Sequence record: DRR723986_3984
Length of the DNA stretch: 60,843 nucleotides
Reading direction: 5' to 3' (one strand)
In this document: positions 47,101 to 54,277 of the stretch, one piece after another
Numbering within the stretch: the first letter of the stretch is position 1
How the letters are laid out: each line of letters opens with the position of its first letter
Notes under the pieces: generated by a model
What the model was told of the DNA's origin: nothing
The model's database searches: none
Seen by the model: the letters and a program-made list of their open reading frames with translations, nothing else
Made by a program: the position numbers and the translations under genes

Positions 47101-47408
47101 ACGATGAAGAAATTGCGCCCGAAGATGATTTAGGCGGTGTTTTTGGCCTTAAGCTAGACGGCGCTTTGAATTTGCGAGACAAATCAACAGCGAAATATGT
47201 TCTTGGCCTTTTAGACACAGCCATTTCAACTGTTCAGCGGGCTTACCGGTCAACAAACTTTGATCCTCTGAAGCAGCAGTTACTCAATGAAGCTAAGTTC
47301 CAGGGGGCGGTTTCGCCGCGCGTAGCAGCACAAATTGCCAACTTTCAAACCGGCCTGTCCCGCTTGCAAAGCGGGGCCAGTTCGCCTTCGGTTAGCCTTT
47401 TCGCGTAA
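44130..47408 (+). CDS. FlaEY-like flagellar protein with SBBP/beta-propeller repeats
   Basis: N-terminal PPW...FID...F.LFNAL.NL...F.SGL.EV..YL and C-terminal QIANFQ.GL.RL recall Caulobacter FlaEY (from memory, not aligned); repeats such as AVDS.G.IYV.G...DVFLTKFDS.G. Confidence 0.65.
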   Translation: MTFFGPQNSGGLFGGGGQQTFAPIVGISSSLIALDAQARLSRISLASLSAADQQSIQSEFGRSDGPAVIPPWQIPEDVLSLNEQIRSVRSLTSFIDLEDPILDTVSDNADHKATFVLFNALTNLRVLAEYASEDSTLDSSLERLDDQFRSGLDEVRDYLSSTELETLDIFLGEKEYTTEATTRTGKNQSEVSGTYIVDDPDAVIAGLTGSEVFTVSVEKSGNTDDITVDLSGLSGDVSLNNVVDHINAQIEALTIPIAKTLTTEDFNSDDTSLTSVRIDTSAAGLQLNGVDVTDAQVIAASDIVAGNLVYTPPEGSTEGTLVGLQFSADEGAGYPGSPSTYDTAGNFTAKNLTRFNVQRDDSTGQYGLKIEGTITEEVTLTAVAAAPTLYAISATSQLDDSFAVSSRITAFNNIDATIAVGDTTSFAAIDYAATETKGLVDETEDEDIDPAIASLRDKFLSDAADAVANDDEDTSASDVDDDNTSSITNVNSNDRVNADTVGSRVAVDSAGGIYVVGTSAGSFGHQLNVADTQDVFLTKFDSEGNVAFSRLLGVAESAEAFDIKVDSNDNVIIAGATDSALSENDIVEGGGSDAFVVKISKRGDELFRYQLDTFGTTAAYSIALDSNDDIYIGGSTSSAISAATSASGGNDALILKLDGADGSVTDSAVFGTSGDDVIKGLALDGNNDLIVALDADGSASVARIAASDLSTQVVTVNLGDLGAGGEITGVAIDADTNKFYLSGVTTNGSLDASGGATVNGVAAGGLEGFVSGFSFSGTTGLSADFTSYLSTDGTDGVSDLTAQGGKLYVAGSTTGTLTGETARGATDGYVARLDGVTGVIENTEQYGEGLSRSAVGGVAFSDQGESVLKALGLPTGLVEGDQTRDLETQTTAREGDYFYVKFGDGLRQKIELESGDTFDDIKRKLRVAGFGKIEADVSSTTEGEKLKISALDDGVSIDLIPGSGDKDLLSRIGLKAGKLLPKNEVFDINLDDEEIAPEDDLGGVFGLKLDGALNLRDKSTAKYVLGLLDTAISTVQRAYRSTNFDPLKQQLLNEAKFQGAVSPRVAAQIANFQTGLSRLQSGASSPSVSLFA

Positions 47409-47499
47409 ATATCAGCTTTATAGCTATGGTGATGCCCACAGGGGCAGAGGTAGGAAGGTGTCTCTAGTCGAAAGGCCCAATTTACTTTGCTTTAGGCAC

Positions 47500-47529
47500 A
47501 AAAAAAGCGGCACATAAATGAGCCGCTTT
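47500..47529 (-). terminator. Intrinsic terminator on the minus strand (may also serve flaEY)
   Basis: Minus strand AAAGCGGC-UCAUUUAUGU-GCCGC followed by U7; only three T on the + strand. Confidence 0.7.
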
Positions 47530-47624
47530 GGTAATTACCCCCTCGAGCAGAGTATGCGGGACTAGGTGCACGATTGGGGGTCGAGTAAATTAAAACCCAC
47601 TCCCGCCCCCCTGCTCGAGAGGTG
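47500..47624 (-). ncRNA. Candidate sigma54-dependent small RNA (~125 nt)
   Basis: Upstream -24/-12-like element, a long hairpin with G-U pairs favouring the minus strand, its own terminator, and no credible ORF. Confidence 0.5.
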
Positions 47625-47634
47625 CTGCATTCTC

Positions 47635-47650
47635 TACAAGGTGCGTGCCA
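47635..47650 (-). promoter_or_regulatory. sigma54 (-24/-12)-like promoter
   Basis: Minus strand TGGCACG-CACC-TTGTA; one mismatch (GT for GC) at -12. Confidence 0.55.
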
Positions 47651-47817
47651 GTTTTGCTGTTAACTTAAAAAATTGTTTATTTATAAGCGCTTATTGTTTT
47701 TTTGGAAAACGCAGAGTATGCGGTAATTCTAATATGTTGCAAAAAGCAACAGTATAAATGACGCAATATGCAACATAATTGCAAAATGCATCAAAGTCTC
47801 CCCTTGCCCGTTAAGCC

Positions 47818-47846
47818 CCTGTTTATAAATCCACTTTATAAACAGG
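47818..47846. repeat. Perfect 12-bp inverted repeat
   Basis: CCTGTTTATAAA-TCCAC-TTTATAAACAGG. Confidence 0.8.
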
Positions 47847-47999
47847 CTAAGCTGCTGTGTTGATGCGCGAAGGTTGACAGGCATACGAACATTAAAATGA
47901 AGCATATCGATGACACGTTCCTATTCGAAATATAACACATGTGAAGTTACCCCCAAGAACGGCTGCGGTGTATATTGGGCGAGGAATTTAACGATTGGG

Positions 48000-48419
48000 G
48001 TGCCTGTTTATCTGCGGCATCTTTTTCTTGTTACTATTGTTGCCATTACGGCATTGACAGGCCCAACAGCAGCTAAAGCGCGGCAAGGGGTTATGCCAGA
48101 AGAAGGCAAACTGGCCATTGAAATGGATGTGTTTAACTTTTCCATGTTCAAGCGCGGGCGCATAGTTGGCAAAGCGTCTTTAACGTTAACACTTGTCGTG
48201 ATTGAACAAAGTGATTCTGAAATCATCCGGTTGCGTTTGCCGCAAATACGATCTGATTTTTTGGGTGCGCTTACCATTCTTTCGCGCCAACGTTTTAACG
48301 TTAACAAGCCAATCGACCCAGACATTGTAACAGCTTATTTAACGCCCTTTTTAAGCAATAGAATTGGCGCTGGCAAAGCCAATATTTTTGTTAAACATGC
48401 GCTGATAACCCCAGTTTAA
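48000..48419 (+). CDS. FliL-like protein
   Basis: N-terminal hydrophobic segment, then a FliL-like pattern (LTL.L.V...IR.RLPQIRSDFL.AL). Start uncertain (GTG 48000 or ATG 47910). Confidence 0.5.
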   Translation: MPVYLRHLFLVTIVAITALTGPTAAKARQGVMPEEGKLAIEMDVFNFSMFKRGRIVGKASLTLTLVVIEQSDSEIIRLRLPQIRSDFLGALTILSRQRFNVNKPIDPDIVTAYLTPFLSNRIGAGKANIFVKHALITPV

Positions 48420-48487
48420 TCAGTTGGTTTGATGCTCCTCATAAGTCCTCAATTGCCCATTACACAAATTTTTATGTCGCAAAGGAC

Positions 48488-48549
48488 TGTTGTAGTTTTG
48501 CTACAGTTCAGATTCCGTTGATCAAGGGCATGTTGCTAATTGCTTGACG
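48488..48549 (+). promoter_or_regulatory. TGT-N12-ACA dyad 38 bp upstream of a TTGACG -35 element (receptor 1)
   Basis: TGTTGTagttttGCTACA (48488-48505); TTGACG (48544-48549). Confidence 0.55.
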
Positions 48550-48626
48550 CAAAAGCCCTTTGTCTTGTCCAATAAGTTTTGGGAAGGACTATCAAGTATT
48601 ACGCTTTTTACACTCAGGAGAGAGAC

Positions 48627-51281
48627 ATGCGCTTTACGAGTTTATACAAGGCTACGGCATTAACCGCCGGTTGCCTGACCATGTTTGCCGGCGCGGCTGC
48701 CAATGCGCAGGACGATGCAGACACAGAAATTGAAGAGGTTGTTGTAACCGGCTCTTATATTAAGGGCAAAACCCAATCCAGCAGTCCATCACCCATCGCG
48801 GTGATTGGCGCGGACAACCTTAGCCAAATTGGCGCCAACACAGTTGCCGATTTAGTGCAAACACTGACAATTAACAATGGCGCACAAAACAACCCGGATG
48901 CCTTCACACAGGGAGCCACGACAGGTACGTCGAACTTTAACCTGCGCGGCCTCGGCGTTTCGTCCACTCTCGTTTTGATGAATGGCCGCCGTCAGGTAAC
49001 CAGTGCCAGCGTCACTAACGATGGTATTGCGTTCGTTGATACCAGCGCGTTGCTGCCCCAAATTGCAACCCAGCGCATTGAAATTGTGAAAGACGGCGCT
49101 GCCGCGATTTACGGTACAGACGCCGTTGCCGGTGTTGTGAACTTCATCACCGACGACACGTTTGAAGGTTTTGAGGTTAACGCAAAATATCAAACGTTGA
49201 CGGATCAAGGGTCTCAGGCGGACACATTGTTTGAAGGTAAGTTTGGTTGGGCTGGAGAGACCACCAACATTATGCTTGCTGCCAGTTATTTTGAGCGCAC
49301 CGCGCTCACAACAGCTGAGCGCCGCCTTAGCCGCTTTGGCTCAGACGACGCGTCATCTCTCGGTAACCCGGGTGCCTTCTTCCTGTTTGGTTCGGTGCCT
49401 GTAATTGACCCAACCGGTTGCGGTGATCAAGGTGGTCTGCCAACGCCAATTGGTGGCCCTGCACAGGCAGCTCTTGATGGCTTGTCACTTCCTTTCACAG
49501 CGGGTTTGTGTCGCTTTGATTTTGGTGACTTCTTCAACCTTGTGCCGGAAGAAGAGCGCGTGCAGGCGTTTGGTGTTCTCACGCAGGAGTTAGGCGGGGA
49601 CCATGTGTTCAGGGCTGAGGCCTCTTATCAGGACCAGTCGATCGTGCGCGGTAACTCACCTACATTCCCGTTCCTGCAATTGGGTAGTGCGGTTGTACCA
49701 AGCGACCACCCGGGCAATGTTTTCCCGGCGGCCTTGGGTACAGTGTTATTCTTTGGCCGTGCCATTGGTAACGGCGGCTCGGTGTCACCGTCTAACGGCG
49801 ACCGCGACACGCTTCGCCTGAGTGCAAGCCTTGAAGGCACGTTGTCTGGTGACTGGTCATATGATGTTGCGGTTACCCACGGTATTTCTAATGCGCTGAC
49901 AAGCACGGAAGATACGATTACCGCAAACTTCCAACAGGCTTTGTTTGGTTTGGGTGGCTCTGGTTGTGATGCTGCAACGGGCACACCGGGCGTTGGTCCT
50001 TGTGAATATTACAACCCGTTTTCGACCAGCTTTAACGTGTTGCCAAACAGCCAAAATGTACTTGATTTCATCATCGGCACCCAACTGCTTGATAGCAAGT
50101 CAGAGCTAACAGTTATTGATGCGGTTGTTTCTGGTTCTGTTGGTGATGTTGGCTTAGCCGTGGGCATTCAGTACCGCGATGAGACGTTTAGCCAAGACTT
50201 TGATGCCATTTCAGAGGCAGATGGTTTTGCCTTCCTAATTGGCGGTCAAGATTTTGAACGTTCACGTAATGCTAAAGCGATCTTTGCAGAAGCATTTGTG
50301 CCTTTGGCTGATACGCTCGATTTCTCAGCAGCGGTTCGCTATGAGGACTACGGTGGAAATTTGGGTGATACGCTTGATCCTAAATTCTCTCTATTGTGGC
50401 GCCCTACCGACGAGCTTTCTCTTCGCGGTAGCTACTCAACCAGTTTCCGCGCACCAAGCGTATTCCAGCAAGCCGGTGTGAACACGTCACTTAACCAGGT
50501 AACAGACCCTCTTGGCGGTACAGCTTTTGCCGCTGTTCGTACGCTGCCACCGGCGGGCCGTGATCTAGGCCCAGAGCAAGGTGAAGCCTTGAACTTTGGT
50601 CTTTCGTACCAAACAGGTGGCCTTGAGCTGGATATTGATTACTGGCGCTATGATTTCACCAATGTGATCATCCAGGAAAACTTCCAGGCGATTGTGAACG
50701 CTGACCCGCAAGGCGACCGTGTGGTCCGCGCTGGCGGTGACACCGGTAACATTCTGCTTGTGTTCGTGGACTTTGTGAACGCCTCTGCTGTTACCACTAA
50801 CGGTTTGGATGTGAATTTCCGTTATAGTTTTGACACTGATTTCGGCATCATCCAGCCTTTCTTCGAAGGTACACGGGTGTTTGGATACGAGATTGATGAC
50901 CCACAAGCTGGTATTATTGACGGAGCGGGTAACCGTAACTTTGCTAACTTCGGTAGCCCAACACCAGAGACGCGGTTTAACACCGGTATGGCCTTCATGA
51001 ATGATGTGCATGACGCACGCTTTTATGTGCGTCATATTTCCTCGTTCAATGATGATCAAAACCCGGGTCAAACTGTGGGTGCGTGGACAAGTGTTGATGC
51101 ACAATACACATTGAACCTTGGTGGTATATTGGACGGCGCTGACGGCACCAGCCTACAGCTCGGTGTGATCAACGCGTTTGACAAAACAGCACCTCAAGTA
51201 TTCACAAATGGTGGTTTTGAAAGCCGGACGCATGACCCACGTGGCCGTATGGTATACGCACGGGTTTCTGCTCGTTTCTAA
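48627..51281 (+). CDS. TonB-dependent receptor
   Basis: Signal peptide; TonB box EEVVVTGS; plug NLRGLG..STLVLMNGRR and EIVKDGAAAIYGTDAVAGVVN; C-terminal F. Start ATG 48627 (AGGAG). Confidence 0.95.
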   Translation: MRFTSLYKATALTAGCLTMFAGAAANAQDDADTEIEEVVVTGSYIKGKTQSSSPSPIAVIGADNLSQIGANTVADLVQTLTINNGAQNNPDAFTQGATTGTSNFNLRGLGVSSTLVLMNGRRQVTSASVTNDGIAFVDTSALLPQIATQRIEIVKDGAAAIYGTDAVAGVVNFITDDTFEGFEVNAKYQTLTDQGSQADTLFEGKFGWAGETTNIMLAASYFERTALTTAERRLSRFGSDDASSLGNPGAFFLFGSVPVIDPTGCGDQGGLPTPIGGPAQAALDGLSLPFTAGLCRFDFGDFFNLVPEEERVQAFGVLTQELGGDHVFRAEASYQDQSIVRGNSPTFPFLQLGSAVVPSDHPGNVFPAALGTVLFFGRAIGNGGSVSPSNGDRDTLRLSASLEGTLSGDWSYDVAVTHGISNALTSTEDTITANFQQALFGLGGSGCDAATGTPGVGPCEYYNPFSTSFNVLPNSQNVLDFIIGTQLLDSKSELTVIDAVVSGSVGDVGLAVGIQYRDETFSQDFDAISEADGFAFLIGGQDFERSRNAKAIFAEAFVPLADTLDFSAAVRYEDYGGNLGDTLDPKFSLLWRPTDELSLRGSYSTSFRAPSVFQQAGVNTSLNQVTDPLGGTAFAAVRTLPPAGRDLGPEQGEALNFGLSYQTGGLELDIDYWRYDFTNVIIQENFQAIVNADPQGDRVVRAGGDTGNILLVFVDFVNASAVTTNGLDVNFRYSFDTDFGIIQPFFEGTRVFGYEIDDPQAGIIDGAGNRNFANFGSPTPETRFNTGMAFMNDVHDARFYVRHISSFNDDQNPGQTVGAWTSVDAQYTLNLGGILDGADGTSLQLGVINAFDKTAPQVFTNGGFESRTHDPRGRMVYARVSARF

Positions 51282-51306
51282 ATTGAACTGTTAAATTATA
51301 AGATTT

Positions 51307-51335
51307 AAAGGGGTGGCATTGCCGCCCCTTTTTTT
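51307..51335 (+). terminator. Rho-independent terminator
   Basis: AAAGGGGTGGC-ATT-GCCGCCCC followed by T7. Confidence 0.85.
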
Positions 51336-51388
51336 ATGAAGATGTTAAAACTATCACCGACATATTGCCGAATATTGCTGAAAAAATG

Positions 51389-51450
51389 TGTTGTTTCCAT
51401 GCGACACTTGAGCAAAACCATGCCCTTGCAACCGTATGAATAACTTGACG
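51389..51450 (+). promoter_or_regulatory. TGT-N12-ACA dyad 38 bp upstream of a TTGACG -35 element (receptor 2)
   Basis: TGTTGTttccatGCGACA (51389-51406); TTGACG (51445-51450). Confidence 0.55.
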
Positions 51451-51616
51451 TTTTCATTATCCCGAGTGAAGATATTAATGGAAGTGCTTAAAACGGACGC
51501 TAGTCGCTACTCTTTTTCGGCGTTCGATGCCCTTTAAATTAGGGTGTCGAAACCTCCTTCGAATGAGTTTAGCTAAAGCGTTAAGTCTATATTTATTAAA
51601 GTCTGGGGAGGACTTA

Positions 51617-54148
51617 ATGACATCTATTTTGCAACGCTCGTTGCGTAAAACCCTGCTGACATCTGTAGCTGCGAGCGCCACTTTGCTTGGCGCTGGTGTA
51701 CATGCACAGCAAGCTGACGACGATGGCTTTACGCTCGAAGAAATTATTGTAACCGCCTCCAAGCGGCCTCAAACATTACAGTCTACTCCAGTGGCAGTTT
51801 CTGTTACCGGTGCGGACACAATTGAAAAAGCCCGTGTGCTTGATATTTCTGATTTGCAGACAGTTGTGCCGTCGCTTCGTGTGACCACACTGCAAACCTC
51901 GTCAAACACAAACTTCGTTATTCGTGGTTTTGGTAACGGTGCCAACAATGCAGGTATCGAGCCTTCGGTTGGCGTGTTCGTTGACGGCGTATACCGCTCA
52001 CGTTCTGCCGCCGCCATTGGTGACCTGCCGCGCCTTCAGCGTGTTGAGGTTCTGCGCGGCCCACAAAGTACATTGTTTGGTAAAAACGCCTCTGCTGGTG
52101 TAATCAGCGTTGTAACCGCTGCGCCGTCTTACGAGACGGAAGGCCGTGTCGAAGTTCAGTATGGTAACTACGACCAAAAATTGGTGAGAGCCTATGTAAC
52201 AGGTGGCTTGTCAGATACATTTGCCATGAGCCTATCTGGTGGCTGGAACAAGCGCGATGGTTATATTGATGCAACAGGCGCAGGTATTCCTGACCTTAAC
52301 GATCGTGACCGTTTTAATGTGCGTACGCAGGCCCTCTGGGAGCCAAGTGACAGCGTAACATTCCGTCTGATCGCAGATTACAGCGAAATTGACGAAGTTT
52401 GCTGCGGTGTTACAAACATCGTTAACGGTCCTACGGCTGGTATTATTGCTGCCTTGGGCGGCGAAGTGTTGGACGATGCTGACCCATTCGCCTACACGTC
52501 TCCGGTTAATGAAATTCCGATCAATAAAATTGAAGACGGAGGCATCTCTTTGCAAGGTGACTTTGACTTTGATGGCTGGTCGCTTACCTCTATTTCATCG
52601 TACCGTAGCAATGACAGCCTGAACGACACAGAGCCTGACTATACTGGCTTGGAAATTTTGGATAGCGCGTTCAATGAAGCCAACATTGACACCTACACGC
52701 AGGAAATTCGTTTCACATCAACCGGTGATAACGTTGTTGACTGGATGTTTGGTGGTTTCTACTTCAAAGAAGATATTACTCAGGTGCAGGGCCTTGAGTA
52801 TGGCACTGGCGCTCGCCCTTATGTTGCCTTGCTTGCGACGGGTGGCTTGGATCCAAATTTCTTTAGCAATCCATTCCCTGGTTTTGGTGGTGCATCAATT
52901 GAACAAATTCTGGGTATTCCTGACGGTTCCGCCTTTAATGCCGACACTATTACACGTGAGACCTTCACGCAGGATAACGAAGCATACTCATTGTTTGCGA
53001 CATTGGATTTCCATATCAATGACCGCCTAACACTGACTGGTGGTTTGAACTATACCAACGATAAGAAAACCGTAACAGGTAGCACCGTTAACGGTGATGC
53101 TTTCTCCTCTGCAAGTTTGCAGGACAACTTCTTCGGTGCGGCATTCTTTGGCTCAACTGGTTTGGCGCCAACACCGGGTAATATTGCGGCTGTTGAAGCA
53201 GGTGCACCCGGAACGTCTGCTGCAATTAATGCGGCAATTGCGCCTATTGTTGCTGGTTTCAGCCCGCTTCAGTTCCAGCCACAGTTTGTTGCGTTCCCGA
53301 ATTCAGTTGAAGATGGACGCTCTGCTGATGACAAGCTGACTTGGACGGCGCGTTTGTCTTATGAAATGACCGACAATGTGAATGTTTATTTCAGTGCTGC
53401 AACGGGTTACAAAGCAACCTCTTGGAACCTTTCGCGTGATTCGCGCCCTGTTGCAGGTGATGCGGCCGCCCTTGGTGCTGCAGGCCTTCTGCAAGTGAAC
53501 CAAAACTTTGGTACTCGTTTTGCGGGGCCGGAAGAAGCAACTGTTTATGAACTTGGTTTGAAAGCGCGGTATGATCGCGGTGCTATCAATATCGCTATTT
53601 TCGACCAAACGCTTGAAGGCTTCCAGTCCAACATCTTTACTGGTACAGGCTTTTCACTTGTTAATGCTGGTAAGCAATCAACTAAAGGCGTAGAGGTTGA
53701 TGCAACCTGGACACCAGTGGATGCGCTAACGTTGACATTTGCGGGTACGTATCTCGACCCTGTGTTCGACTCGTTTGTTAATGGTCCTGGTGGCGACCTC
53801 TCTGGTGCGCGTCCAGCCGGTATTCATGAGTTTAGCATGACCACGTCTGCAACCTATAACCATGACTTCGACAGTGGCGCGTTTGGTTTCATTCGCGCAG
53901 ATTGGCTCTATGAAAGTGATGTACAGGTTGTTGATAACATTCCGGGTATTAACCGGGAAGTAAATCAGTTCAACGCAAGTGCGGGAATCACCTTTGAAAA
54001 TGGTGTTGGCCTTTCGGTCTTCGCGCGTAACATCTTCAACGATGAATATTTCCTCAGTGCGTTCCCGGGCGTTATTCAGGCCGGAACCTTTAACGGATAT
54101 GCCAATACGCCGCGCCTGTGGGGTGTTGCCCTTACTTACGACTTCTAA
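51617..54148 (+). CDS. TonB-dependent receptor
   Basis: EEIIVTASKR, IRGFG, VGVFVDGVY, EVLRGPQSTLFGKNASAG, C-terminal YDF. Start ATG 51617 (GGGGAGG). Confidence 0.95.
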   Translation: MTSILQRSLRKTLLTSVAASATLLGAGVHAQQADDDGFTLEEIIVTASKRPQTLQSTPVAVSVTGADTIEKARVLDISDLQTVVPSLRVTTLQTSSNTNFVIRGFGNGANNAGIEPSVGVFVDGVYRSRSAAAIGDLPRLQRVEVLRGPQSTLFGKNASAGVISVVTAAPSYETEGRVEVQYGNYDQKLVRAYVTGGLSDTFAMSLSGGWNKRDGYIDATGAGIPDLNDRDRFNVRTQALWEPSDSVTFRLIADYSEIDEVCCGVTNIVNGPTAGIIAALGGEVLDDADPFAYTSPVNEIPINKIEDGGISLQGDFDFDGWSLTSISSYRSNDSLNDTEPDYTGLEILDSAFNEANIDTYTQEIRFTSTGDNVVDWMFGGFYFKEDITQVQGLEYGTGARPYVALLATGGLDPNFFSNPFPGFGGASIEQILGIPDGSAFNADTITRETFTQDNEAYSLFATLDFHINDRLTLTGGLNYTNDKKTVTGSTVNGDAFSSASLQDNFFGAAFFGSTGLAPTPGNIAAVEAGAPGTSAAINAAIAPIVAGFSPLQFQPQFVAFPNSVEDGRSADDKLTWTARLSYEMTDNVNVYFSAATGYKATSWNLSRDSRPVAGDAAALGAAGLLQVNQNFGTRFAGPEEATVYELGLKARYDRGAINIAIFDQTLEGFQSNIFTGTGFSLVNAGKQSTKGVEVDATWTPVDALTLTFAGTYLDPVFDSFVNGPGGDLSGARPAGIHEFSMTTSATYNHDFDSGAFGFIRADWLYESDVQVVDNIPGINREVNQFNASAGITFENGVGLSVFARNIFNDEYFLSAFPGVIQAGTFNGYANTPRLWGVALTYDF

Positions 54149-54172
54149 GACAGCGTAAAAACAAACATTTGG

Positions 54173-54199
54173 AAAGGGTGGCTTTGGCCACCCTTTTTT
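54173..54199 (+). terminator. Rho-independent terminator (probably bidirectional with polA)
   Basis: AAAGGGTGGC-TTTG-GCCACCC followed by T6. Confidence 0.85.
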
Positions 54200-54277
54200 A
54201 TTGGCTTTTAAGGAAGTGAGATAGATGCAAGCAGAAAAGTATATTCGCTGATTTTAGGGTAAGTCCGGCCTAAAGGA

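Noticed and set aside
47530-47624. Hairpin as SRP (4.5S) RNA or 6S RNA
   Set aside because: Lacks the SRP helix-8 motif and is too short for 6S; kept only as an unknown sRNA candidate.
47566-47757. 63-aa + strand ORF overlapping the sRNA candidate
   Set aside because: No clear RBS or family motif; it runs through AT-rich promoter DNA.
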